64,000 nt of DNA from assembly GCA_973851085.1 (NCBI GenBank), contig OZ316775.1:2232001-2296000 (forward strand), written 5' to 3'. Position numbers and translations under genes: made by a program. The notes beneath the pieces were generated by a model, which saw nothing but the letters and a program-made list of their open reading frames with translations, was not told the origin of the DNA and searched no databases. The stretch comes from Ptychomitrium polyphyllum (taxonomy: Eukaryota). Shown here piece by piece: positions 41,591 through 56,479 of the stretch (position 1 is the stretch's first letter; each line of letters begins with the position of its first letter).

Positions 41591-42499
41591 GAAGTTGGGG
41601 CTGAGTATGTAAGAAGTTATCAGCAAGAAGCAAGCTCTATTCAAAAGTTCTCTATTCTAAAAATTGGGTGATATTTTTGCTCCTCGTTTCTGAGGATCAC
41701 TCTCGATCGTCACATCCATGCATTCTCCTGTGTTAAGGTCAGTTAATAATATTTTTATGATGCTCCTCCTTGCTGGGACAAGACATTCCACACTTAACTA
41801 AGTTACTAAGCTGGTGCAATTTTATCCTTGAGTGGGTAATGGTACACGTGCATTCAGGTAGTTACCTTAGGAGAATGGGGCGAGCAGAGATAGTCAGGAG
41901 TAAACAAATCTGAATTCTGAGCCTATTGTAAGCCTAGTACCTCCTATCACTACCCAAACTCCATCCTCGTCTTCTGTCTATACGTCTTCATGTATTCAGA
42001 CTACAGAGGACGAAGCAGAGTAGGAGTGAGGTCAACACACCACGTGAGTTTGCGATCGAGTCCTCCAAATCTTAATGGTCTCAAATAGTGTTTATTGTCC
42101 TTAAACCACCAACTGCAGAGATTACAACTATTCCAAGTAAGACTAACTTTGGAAAAAACAAAGTAATAAGAAAGAAGGTTTGACAATGAATGTAAAACTG
42201 TGACAATTTTATTTTAAGTATTGGGATTAATACAAATTTGTAAAGGGAAGTACTTCGACCCTAGAACTTTGACATAGTTTCTTCCATATCCAAATTATGT
42301 GCTATGAATCCTTATTCATGACAATATCCTAAATCCCCACCTATTTCCTTTCAATGCTTGGCATGCTGTTGATTTGTTTGCTCTCTTGGAAATTATGATT
42401 TGAAGTGATTTTGGATCTTTCAACTGGTGGTTTCAAGAAAAATTTACTATGCAGTTATTGGGAGGTGGTGGTGTAAGGACTGTCGATCATAGTTCCCAG

Positions 42500-43260
42500 A
42501 TCTGACTTTCGTGACTCAGATGATGAAATTGAGTTCTCATCTGAGGCTAACCTTGAGCACTTGGAGGAGCTCAAGAAGCATCCACAATAGGGTCAACTTT
42601 TTGCGAGTGTTGTAAAGTGGTGGTGGGTGAGAATACCGCTGAAGGAAGACAAGCGGACATTTATGAAGCAGCCTGGTTCAAAATACGCGATGAAGGTTTT
42701 CAAGGAAGGTTGCCTCTCCAGTCTCTCAACGAGAATGGCCTCAAGGCTTGTCTGCATGAGCTACTGTTCCCAGACTCGGACTACCTCGACAGATGTATTC
42801 TCTTCGAAGTGGAACAATACTGAAAGTTGAGACGTTGAAGAAAAGATTTGCTGTTAGCATGCCAAGAAGGTGGGGTGATCTGCGAATTCTTATTGATTGC
42901 TGGATGCAAGAAAACAACAACCAAGGTCCACCTTTCGCAGTTTAGCAAGTTTTGGAATTGGTGCGTGACATTACAGAGAAAATATTGCTAAGATACATTA
43001 TTGTACTTCGAGATGTAAAAATCTCAACTGCTCTAATTGTTTGGAAGAAGGGGTTAAATTGACTACCTGTCTGGACATAGAGATAGCTTTGTGTATAGTT
43101 CATTTCGATTGCTCTGTAGGGGTGATAAGTACTGGATTTAGAGAGCACCCTAAATACTCCTACATCTGAAGGATAAGAGCTGCATCCGGGAGTGTGGAAT
43201 TCACAACAAAATTGGATGTGTACAATTATAGCATGACGTGCTACATACTGCAGACCGTTT
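42500..43260 (+). pseudogene. Decayed Ser/Thr (TKL-like) protein kinase, subdomains I-IX, with stops and frameshifts
   Basis: Fragments in catalytic order: AEGRQADIY, YAMKVFKEG, RFAVSMPRRWGDLRILID, IVLRDVKISTALI (degenerate HRD), HFDCSVGVISTGF/RAP*IL, FTTKLDVYNYSMTCY. Confidence 0.8.
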
Positions 43261-44585
43261 GAGCCTAAAATTCAGTATCGCATATGTATTCACACTTAAT
43301 CTGCTGCTGTGAGTTAGTGGAAAATATAGCTGTTCAGGCAGGCAGAACAGCGCAGAATTTGCAGGAGTAGGTATTCGTGTTCTTTACCTTCTGTTTATTG
43401 TTTGCTATTATATTTTGCGCTGGTACTACTTTACTGTTATTAAAGTAACTGGTTACTGCCGTAAGCGAGGTCTTTCTTTTCACTAACTTCAACAGTATAT
43501 CTTATATCTTTTCTGAAATCACAAGGTAAAGTTTTGACAAAGGTATGTAATGGAGGATGTGAATAGCAGGGAAGCAAACTTCAGTAGCTTGCAATCTTTG
43601 ACACTTTCTTTCTGCCCAGAAGGTAGACACAAATTTAGACAGCACATTTTCCAACAACATTTGGGGTGTGTTGTCTTTTAGTCTCAATCCACTGGTGCAA
43701 TTATGCAAGTTACCTTTTTGTCTAGACAATTCGTACGCAAGTTACATGTATGTTTTCCTTTGAGAACAAATTCCTCTTGTCCACGTTCAGTCACTTGAGC
43801 ATGACCGCATGCTTGTTGTGAGTGGTACATGAACTTGAAATCTTGTCATTGGATTGTACACACCGAACTGCATAAGCTGGAAATAGCGATGTTGCAAAGA
43901 GAAGTTGGAAACATTATTAGACCTCCTTGTACTTACTGATTCACACTGACTTCACAAAAACATGCCGGAGTTCTTCTCTTCTCCTTTATACTCAATTTAT
44001 CTCTCTCGTTCATCATAATTTCTTCAAGATATGAAAGAATAGTAACCATTTTCTTTAGATCAGGAACTATTGAAGACATTTTTTCACAAGATATCACCCG
44101 CATGTCAGGCTAGGTCACTGTGATTTCGCTGAATGATGAAGTTTCTGGTCTTATTCCTTTATTGCATTTGGAAAGCAAGGACACACACGAGTTATCACTA
44201 CATCTTCTCAGAAATCTACTTGACTTCCAAATGACCCCCAATACGCGAGGATTCCATTACTTTGAGCAGTTATTTTGCAGTGCTAGCTCAAGTGCTTGAT
44301 GAATTTTAAGTAATTACACCTACTTCTGTACATCTCCAATGATCGTCAATACGATTTAAGTACAAGTACAATCCCTACTAATTACACCATTACCATGACC
44401 AAATCTACTAATTACAATGATAAAATTAACATAAGGGTGCATCTGCGTCCGACGCTGATCTTATATACTTTGATTCAATAGTCCAGGCTCATCGTGAATA
44501 GTTGTCGACGTTTCGTGTGCAGACGGGCATCACTGTGACGAGCACAATTATGTCGTAAACGCAGAATCAAGGAGTAAGACAGAAG

Positions 44586-46221
<1,636 letters not shown>

Positions 46222-46331
46222 CTATCTATTGTATTCTCAGTACTCTGTTCTAACAATTTCCACAGTGCCTACAGGTCGATGTCGCAGCCTTGATCAGCTG
46301 GAGGTTGAACCGATCAAGACGAAGCCGACCG

Positions 46332-46356
46332 CATCCACATCCACATCCACATCCAC
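46332..46356. repeat. (CATCCA)4 hexamer repeat upstream of the peroxidase
   Basis: Read directly. Confidence 0.85.
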
Positions 46357-49300
46357 GACCTGAATCACCCTGTCAGACACTCTACAAATGCACTGCAATA
46401 ACAATGATGTGTGTTGGAGACAAATCACTAAATGAAGCTCATGTCTATTTGTCAGTACTTCGACAATCAAGCAACATTGAAGTTTTAAGGCCAGCTTGCT
46501 TCAAAGCACTGACAAATCAAGTGTGAGGTCGACTGAGCCGATGGAGATGGAAGATGGGGAACTGCTTTGTGAGCTTCTATTAAGCTTCTATTGCAAGGAT
46601 GCAGGAGAGCAGTAGCTGAGTGTAGATGCAACCCGCGGTGGGACGATAGTATATATGCATCATGCACTGCAGCACCAGCTGCACACCGATTCCAATCACG
46701 AGGTCATCTACAGTTTTCTAACTGATTCAGCTTCCATCTGGCCCACCACTGCATAAGTACATTAGTGCTCTCACGCAAGAAAAGATGCTGAGTGACCTCA
46801 AGGAGATTTTACGGTAAATCTTAAACTGTCACATTTCGCTCGTGCAAAGCTCGTGCTCAGCGGCATGTCCGACCGGAAGAGAACAATGGTAAAAGTTCAA
46901 AGGTATGATCGTTGATGGGATTGATCTTGAGCGGGCCCCATCTTTTGATATGCAAATTACAATGTTGATTCTTTGAGGTAGGCACGAAGAAAATTCTTCT
47001 GAGCTTGCCAGGGATAAAGTACATCACTCAGCTTACGGTTCAGCAATTTTGAGATTTGCTCGTAGATTACAGTCGGTGTAATTTTCTCCGGACGATAGGG
47101 AGGGGATTTGTATTAATTGAATCCAGCTCTAGATAGGTCCTGGCTGCTGATTACGGAAGGTAGGTTCTGCACGAAGAAATTCCAGAGTTTCGTCTTCATG
47201 GCAGTGGGTGGCTAGTTTGTCTAGACCATGAGCAAGGGCACTTATTAGGTGGATTGCTCTTCACTGCGTCGCGGTACCTTTGCATGCGAATGTGCCAACT
47301 CACCTAAGGCTAATCATCAAACCAAGCTCACATCTTTCTCACCTGGCTGGAACTCAAATTTCATGTGAATCTCTCTGAAATGCTCTAATATCACTCACTG
47401 GCATAATCCAGGAGGTTCAACTCTGCAAGCTCGAAGGTAGTGCTAACTTGCGACAAATTGTGCATTCTCGCAACTAAGCTGCCTACGTGCAGGTGTTTCA
47501 AAAAGGTGGCTCAATCAGCGAGACTGAAAAAGTTTGTTGTTTCATAGTCGCATGTCTCGACTCTATTTACACTTAAAGGTCCAACTAGTAGGAGATTGTG
47601 CTTTTTGTTGGAATGGAGTATGTCAAGAATGGACAGACCTCCAAATCAATCAAGTGAACAGTGATTGAGACTCTTGAGCAGTCACGGTATGGCTGCGGCA
47701 CAAAGGTTTTCTTCAAAATTCAGAAAGGTGAATTATTTACTAGTGATGATTACTGTATATGAATGAGGTTTCGCAAGCACAGGACGCCAGTGTCGAGTCT
47801 ACCTGGACTTTACCTGTAGCTTCTGACGGTCTGCAATGTGCATGTTCATTTGAGTGGTGAGTAGTATTAAATGCCCTTATCTAGACCACGTTCCAAATAC
47901 CTCCAAGCTGTGGAAGGGTGCAAATAACTTACAGAGCAAATATCTTTGCTGTTTGAGAGGTCTTTCCTCATCTTAATGGGCAAGTACAACTGTGCAGTCT
48001 TTGTGATGAAACTGTTTTCTCAAGTGCAGACTAAGTCAATGTGGTGAATATCTGAAGGGAACATAGGGGAGCATAGGGCCTCAGGTTCATGGCTAAGAAT
48101 GTTATGACCAGATCCCTTGTACCCACAGAATTTTCTATCAAATTCAAATGTCACACATACATGCAGTGCCCTACAATGCAGGTGCTTTGGATGAACTCCA
48201 AAGCAATGTGAAACATAATTTGCAGTCCAGTTCTATGGCTGGCAAAATAGTTTAGCCAGTAGGAAGATGGTGTCAAAATTCTTCACTGCTCAAGGAAATA
48301 TGTACTAGGCCACAGCCATGTAGCAGTCTTCAAAACTTGGAGCATGAGAAATTACTCTCACCCTCACCTTGACATAAGAAAAATCAACAAAATAAATACA
48401 TGTGGCAGTGAGTGCTGAAAGATATGAGTCTAGATAGGTGACTTGGGGCACCCACTTTCTCAATCTTCTATTGTATGCATTTCTTAAGAACAATTCAAAA
48501 GAGCCTTTGAATTTTTTTAAAGCTGTAACTTATCCATTAACAAGTTTTAATTGAATATATTTGATGTGTTGTTGTTAGGATCCAATTACATGTGGAGTCA
48601 AGACCTAGTTGAAACCAAACAGTGGTTGAATTCCTTTGTTTCATTGATAAAGAAGTTGAAACTTGCCTTTAGTCACTTTATTCCTTGAAGGAATGACTTG
48701 TAAGTGATAAGAACTCCTAATTTTGCCAAAATCTCATGTACACTTTGTTATTGACAAAATTACAAAGTAGAGTTAGAAATTACATTTCAATTTAAGACAT
48801 ATTCTCCTGAGTTCTTAGTTCCAAAAATAAATGATGTTACTCAAGGAAGCAAGATAATACACATTTAAATGGACGAAATCATGCAAGAACATGTGACTGA
48901 ATTTTTGGGGCTAATTAAGGAGTAAAGGATACTGGTTTGTCTATCAATAGAAGATCAAGTCTGTACCAATTTTTTTCAGAGGCCAATTTAACCTTGTAAA
49001 ATTTTCTTGAGGCTGGCCTTCATTCAATGATCTTGGAAACTGGCCCTTATTGTTGAATGAAGCAATGCAGTCTTGTGTTCCACACACACCACACTGTAAT
49101 TAACTTAGGTTCAGGACCTAACATGGGGCTGAGGTACTATAGTCCTTGCATTTGTCTATTATGCAATTGACATGTTTGCCCATACCCAGGTAATTGTTCA
49201 TGGGTGTATGTACATGTTGACCTGAGTCATGCTTGTGACATGGAACAGACTTTGAAAGCAGTATTATAATGGACATAACAAAGAGCCCTTATGCTCTCAT

Positions 49301-50201
49301 TTTAGAGATCATCAAATCCTTGAGGTCCTGTACTGCACTGCTCATTCAAGCAGTAACTTGAAGTAGGGAGGCAAACTGATGAAGTGAGTACTTTGTCTGC
49401 GAGCTAGTGAAGCTGGAAGGAAGGGTCTGAGAGCATTTCTCCATCCCAATCCTTCCAGTCTTTGGGGCATTCTTTCACAGGAAGGTTCAAAGATATGTTG
49501 GCGGATACATAAAGGAAAAATTGGATTCGGTCACCCAACTCAAGTTCCTCCACTGATATCAATATATGTCAACACTATATCAAAACTAGAGTTGGGTAGG
49601 TGTATGGTTTTTCATATACAGTTGTTTTACAGTACTTCAAATAAATAAATTAGGAACTGGGCAAAGGCTAGTCTAAGGAAGGAAGCAATTGTGAATGTGG
49701 ACAAGCGGCAATAGTGATTGGAAGTGAATTGGAAGCTAATTGGACATCAATTGGCCCTTAGCTTCTTAAAGAAGATGGGGAACTTAAGGATCAAGGTTAG
49801 GAGTTATAAAGAGGAGGAGTTTGGTAGATTAAGGAGAAGTCTTTTTAAATGTGTTTTTATTTATGTTTGTTTTAGAAAATGTGGATTTAAAAAGGTGATT
49901 ATATTAAGTACAAGGAAAAGAAAAGTTCAGGTGAATGATAATTTTTGACATAGAATTGAGAGTTTTAAGTCAAGTTGTGGATTTATGTATGGATTGATAT
50001 TTATGTATAGATTGATATTGATTTTATACTGTTGACATCACTTGATAAGAATCATTAATATAAATATTTGTATTTCAACATTTTTTTTTCGTTGAGCAAT
50101 TAATAGCAACCAATGAACAACCAATAAGAATAAAAAAAATACAATATTTACGTAAAAGGGAGTAAACTCTTTAATATATCCATGCATAGATTAAAGAATT
50201 A

Positions 50202-50297
50202 TGTAACAAATTGTGGTACCTATTATAGCTACCAAAGGCCTATAAATAATGTAAACAAATTGTGGTACTTATGATAGCTACCAAAGGTCTATAATAA
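50202..50297. repeat. Imperfect tandem duplication of about 48 bp (TGTAACAAATTGTGGTAC...AGCTACCAAAGG...)
   Basis: Two adjacent copies with a few substitutions and indels. Confidence 0.8.
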
Positions 50298-52749
50298 CAA
50301 TATTAAACAACATTAAGTCATGCTTATTGAACGGTTGCCAATGACAAAAGTTGTATTAATTAGTTTATAATCTGCTTATATTAAATAATGATAATAGAAT
50401 TTATGTTATAGAAAATTTAAGTCTATTGATAATAATTTATACTATAAAATGTCAAATTTACACCAAAAAGAACTAGTATATATAAAATATTGTGTAAAGA
50501 AGTTAAATGCCAACAAAGATAAAACCTTTAGTTGTAAAAAATGATTTCATTGGCAAATAGGCATTAGTAATCAAGCATGTATATGCATCAATAAGTTGCC
50601 AATGACAAAAGAATGAGGTTGTAGTAATTAATTAACTGACTCTTATGTAATCGGTTTGAATCTTTGTTGCTCATTAATGAAGAACAAAACCCAATAGATT
50701 CTAATGTGACCATTGCAACTTTTGCCAAGTTTTCAAAGAAAATATGCCTTACCATAATTATGTTTTATTAAAGTAATGGTTTTTGGTCACCTTAGAATCT
50801 ACGAGGTTTTGGAATATAGTACTATAAAATGAAAAATGAGTTCAATAATGGAAACTTGTTTTTCCAATATCATTGTTTAAAATTCCCTGGTAATATTCTT
50901 CTTGCCTTATCTTATTGCTCCATGTAAACACTACCATTTTACTTTGTATTTTCCATAACTTGGATGGTTGATAGTTAAAATCCGAGCATGTAAGCTCTTT
51001 GTTCCATTAAATGAAAAGATAAAGTATATTACATTGGCAACACAAGATAGAGTTGTTAAGATAGACATCTATAAAGCAAGTGTAGGCTTAATTGGCCTTA
51101 TCTTTTATCATCTTGTATTATGAATAATATTCATCATTGTCTTAAAATTAACCACTTCCAAGCAGTTCTTAAGTTACATTCCAATAATAATGGCATAAGC
51201 CAAATTTTTCAAGATTGTCTATATAAACAAATATAGTGCAAAACATGTCGTTGACGGATGTTCAAAATGGGTGGATAAATTGATTTACTTATTAATAGCG
51301 TACAATTCTTGTAAAAAAAATAATTACTTGCTTTTTGGTTTGTTTGTGTTTTAGCAAAGCTAACTTAGGAAGGTGACTTGGTAGAGGGATTTATATAATT
51401 CCTACTTGCTCTTGGATTATTTGAATTGATTCATATTGTCCATAGTAGAAGCATTAAGTCAATTTGCATGGTATTTAGTCATATGGAAACTTGTCTTTAT
51501 TTTTGCAAAAATTAAGATTGCATTATTCCTAATGAAATGGACATTTGAGCTTAGTAGATATTTTTGTCTAAAAACAAATAAAGTTGGACCAAGTGCCCTT
51601 GTGAACAACTATATTAAGCAACACATTTTCATTACTTCAATACAACCTATGTTTTCATGCAAAAAAGAGCATTAAATGAGTCTAAATTTCTCTTTAAATT
51701 ATAATAGTTTAAAACATATTCATCTATGTGAGAAATACAAATAAATTGCACTAAGGTACATGACCTTTAAAATGGTAAAATTTCTCTTGGAAAAGAGAAG
51801 AAATTGTTTTGGAACTTAAAACTAGATTTTGGGATTTTGGGAGATGGAGAAAATTTATGGCCACTTGTTGCAAAAATAAAATTATAAGATTTGGAGCACT
51901 GGAGTGCAAGATATCAAGGAACAAGTTAATAAGTACAAATACCTTAAAAACCATCAAGTAATAGGTTGTTGTGCAATTGTTTATATGGCAATGAAGGTTT
52001 TCAAGAATACATGGTTCTTACTCGTTGGTTTGCCCTTGTTAATTTTGTGTAACAGGAGTACAGACCTGATGGTTCATGAGGTGCTTGCCTTCTCGTGCAC
52101 TGCTGGTGTTCATGAACTGTTCTTGTTCTTGTCATGCATTAGAATACTAAATTAGTTCCTTACTGCTTGTTGCTTCTCATCAGTAACACTCCCACACGTA
52201 ATTTGAGGACGCATTGAAGGATGTCAACTACCATGGAGTCAGCCGTGCTGTTTCTATTGGTGTCCCTTCTATATGAAGGAGTGAGTTATGAGGAGCTGCA
52301 TGCTTATGCCCCAATGAGCTCTGCACTGACAGCCCTTGTCAATAATTTTCAATCATATGTGCAAAATGGTCGTCAGTCCTTATCACTATCACATCACTTA
52401 GAACATAAAATACCAGCTAGTTTGACTTGCTCTTGTCATAAGCAGTGAGTTGTAAAGGCCCAGGCTTTTCCTACCTAATTCCACTATTTAGTATTGATAT
52501 TGTGTATATATTACTTGCATATATGGCAAACTCCAGACGTAGTTCTGATGTCGTTTTTAGATTACTGTACTGAAGTTTGAACTGTTTTGCTATTGAGAAG
52601 ATCATTATCTTTCTACAACCAGCATGACCTACTAGGGTAGGAGGTGTCACTGGAACTACTGTTTGCATAATTTTATCTTATCCATTTGTTAGGAGCAATT
52701 GCAGGTACATCATCATGGTTGTTGTGTGGTTGTTACATCATTGTGCCAG

Positions 52750-54330
52750 GCTTGGTAATTGATTAGCTCTTTCTCTGGTTCCTGTGATATTGGACAATGA
52801 AAGCAGAACTCCAGCTGTGGAAGATGCTGCTTTCTTGAGTTCAGATCCTGAGCAATGGCCATAAGTTGAAGGACCCCTGACCCATAACTTGGTATCAGCA
52901 TGAACTTAGAGTTCCATCCCTCCATCCTTCAAGACAAATTATTCTGCCCTGCATATTGTTTTAGAGAGTAATCTGTGTACAACAATGGTCATCCTGAGGA
53001 AAAAATAGTTGACTAATTTTTTAAAACATGTAAGAGTTACTCACAAACTAGATCCTTTTCTCTCCCCATAGCTCACCTATAACTGGAATACATGTTCCAA
53101 TACAAGTAGGTTTCACCCATCTTTCAGCAACACACTGCAATAACTTACAGGGAAAACATGAGTGCATCAGACTGCTAATAGATTTCTTAAGCCCAGAGCA
53201 ATGTGATTTATGATCAAGAGTAATACATCAGATGCGCATTTAGTTGGTCAGAATGCTTCACAGCTCATGCTCCTCACTTGGCATGCACAGCTGCACTGAC
53301 TCATATGCTCACAACTATCAGCCTCAATATTCTCTTCATACAGAAGTGTCTACCCACTGGTAGTAACACCAAATCCACTATGGTGTCTCTCAATTTACTG
53401 TTCCCTCATCAAGTACCTTTCCATCCTCATACCCAACGTCAAAATCCCTGCTTTTAATGACTATTCTAAAGCTATCTAACCTCATAAAAAATGTCTCTTT
53501 TCTAACCCAGTACTTTAACTTGGTACTAGGACTGCTGAACTTAGGTCCTCCTTCCATGTAATCTTCCGTACACAACTGATGGTAAGGAATCCCCTCAAAC
53601 AATTATTCCACTTGTCTTATAAGAAATCGCACCACTGGCTCTACATGGAAGGAGGCCCTTAGGTACGTTCTCCTGATTCCAGTGACCATTCTCTACACGT
53701 AGGTACTTGATCATTTTAGCAGTTTTAGTCTCATCACAGCTCTTATACCTGCTTGTGGATTGGTATGCTACTGTAGTGCAACTGTTCTTTGAGCTGGTCT
53801 AACCAACTCTCTTCAGCTAAAACTCATCCCTGCTTAGGCTGACGTTAGCTTGCTTACCTTGCGTGTGCCAAAGCACAAATCTTGAGAGATGAAGCTGTCT
53901 TCAGAGACTCACATAAGGCCTTTAAAATCTCTGCAGAGACGGTTCCATCATATACATAAATACACTCCCTCCACCTCCACAGTGGCCAAAATCGTGCGCA
54001 CAAAATTATTAACAGAGATCTTCTATCCCTCAAAATTTGTATCCCATCCCCAAGCACTCACCTCCGGATAACCACGTTTCTTCACGGTGGAGTCACTTTG
54101 CACTGAGACACAAATTGAGTTGAGCAACTTAATGGTGCATTCAAACTAGGGATGCACATCCTCAATTGCACGGAGATACCTCTCTAAAACCACCCCGAGG
54201 CGGTTGGTTGCATGGAGATGCTGCACCTTGACATTCTTGACATGCTTCATCTGCACCACTCGTTTCCTCCAAAGAGAGGGAGGTGCTTTATAGAGGAGTC
54301 TAGAGATGATCCCGCCATGACGTTGCAATA
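52750..54330 (-). pseudogene. Heavily decayed paralogue of the TORNADO1-like Roco gene
   Basis: Collinear fragments match the intact gene in this window: FVRTILATVEVEGVYLCI..EILKALCESLKTASSLK vs VITAVVASPAVSSVTLEI..VIVAELCTALHTNRTLK; SKLRDTIVDLVL (53399-53364) vs AKIRDTILDLLV; RMTIVVH vs NVTVIFTH; GRIICLEG..YQVMG vs GELLFFDG..HEIMG. Confidence 0.6.
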
Positions 54331-56479
54331 CTGCTTAAATATTCACACTCCAGCTTGAACGACGTAGCTTCGATACAAGACTTAATCAGATCTGCACTCG
54401 GTTGTCTTGGAAAAACTTCCAACTCATTTCAATCGGCCTACAAACTGATCGCTTGTCGGTATAATGGATTCTCAATAGCGTAGCATTAATCACTTGCAGC
54501 TGCACCCGGAATCAGCCCTGCAACATGCCTTCTCTTCGGGTTGTCGTATTGTAATCTAGGAAGCAGCTGCAATTGGTGAGCACAATTTGTCAAGACCATG
54601 ACGTGTGTATTACTAATCACATCCGTCACGAAACCTCACTCAAAAGATGTAGTCATCCTCCACATATCGACTAATGAAGTTAAACTGACAACAAAAACAT
54701 CAACTGACAACAGATTACGTTGAAACTAGTGACAAACAGCACGTCAGGCATTGACTTCGAATGACATGCTTAGATTATTCACAAGCTTCGAAAGAGATGA
54801 GAGAAAACACCTGTGAAATAAACGATAATCTCCTTGAATTGAAAAGAGAGTCTGACGCTGTAATATTCCAGATGCAGCACAGTAATCTAATCTGCCAGGA
54901 TTTATATATAACGACATCCCACCAATAATTTAGAGACCAGCTTCATCAAACCTTAACTTACAAAGCTCTCGGTCAAATCGTCAGATCAAAGCTCGAGCAT
55001 AGGACCAGCAAGTGACCGTGTGCGTGTATATGAGCGCACATAACCAATGCAACAACTCACCCCACTTAAAGCCAAACACCGAAACTCTCGCTCCTCACAA
55101 TTTTCCGTGAGCCCGAGCTGTCAGATGGTTGTCAAAACAAGCTAAAGAAAGCTCCACGACAACGCGTGCAGTGCGACCGAGTACCCCATCCCTTGAACGA
55201 CTTCATGTAGAGCCAGACATTGAAAAGTTCCGAGACAGCATCTGGTTACAAAACCTCAAAATGTTAACCCCACACAGAAAGGTGAGCTTCGACAATTATC
55301 TTAGAAACGATAATTGCAGTTTGTAATTTTCACACAAACAGGATGGTTTGTCACTCGCAAGAATAAGTTTCAGTACACTCACGGTCCAACACAGCTAAGC
55401 TCCGAGCAACCAGCGCGACCCAGCGCAACCTAGTGCCTTCCTTAAAAAGCTCTTAGCCCCTTAAAATCACCTTGTGACATCACTGTAAGCTGTCCTAAAA
55501 TGATTGAAAACGTTTCTTATAAGAAGTTTTTATCCACTGCCCGGAAGTTGCACATCAAAATTTTCGACTATCCGATTCACGACGGGCTGAACTAAAGAGC
55601 ATGTTAGTTCAGCGCCAGAGGTGAAGTTAGTACACCAGGATACAAAATCCCTAAACATAAAGAGAAGCTGCCAACCCCAGGCAGAGGGGACCCTAAGGAG
55701 GAGGAGAAGGTTATCATGTTTTAGCATCTTTATTGCACCTCATTTCCACTCCAGCGGACGGCACTTGCAAGTTAGAAAAACACTAATCAGCTTATTAATC
55801 TACATCATTACCGAATTGACTTTGAACTGTAGTACGAAGCTGATGCATCAACAGCAGATGAATTTCACCAAATCAAACCTCAAACAGGAGGAGCAGAACC
55901 TGACATTATCCCACAAAACTCCGCCCTAATTCTCCGCGCTTCTTGTCATGATACTCAAAACCAATGTCTTCATATATTGATTTGTCACGTTTGTGAGGCT
56001 GAACCCTCGAGAGGAGAAGATTGGTTCTCTCCTTTTGAAAGACTTGGTTGTAACTTGAGCTGAAGTCTCTTCACTAATAGTCGCATAACCTCATCACAAC
56101 GCACATAAATTACCTGCAGATCCAGATTCATGTTCTTTAAGTGTCCCACCAGACGCATCATATTTTATTGGTGAAGAGGCAACAGAGGTGATAATGTAAC
56201 CTGGTGATTAAAATCTGCTTACAGGGGCAAAAGTCCAATTCAATAGAAAGGGGCGAAGAGAAGAAGAATCGAAACTACAGACTACAGAATTATAATGCCT
56301 TGCTGTATTATTAGAGCCAAAATCTAAATGAATAAATCACGAAAAATAGTGCAGGGTATGTTCATCCATCAAAAAAACCCTCTAGAACTTTCAAACGTGA
56401 CAAATGTATGTTCTCATCGCTCTGTAAGGCGAGAGAAAGCTGAATTTTAATGTGGATTCTAGGTAAAATCGTATCCTAC

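Noticed and set aside
40088..43260. Roco-kinase fusion protein (LRRK-like)
   Set aside because: The Roco ORF ends with a TRN1-type terminus and TAG; the kinase pieces are broken and out of order.
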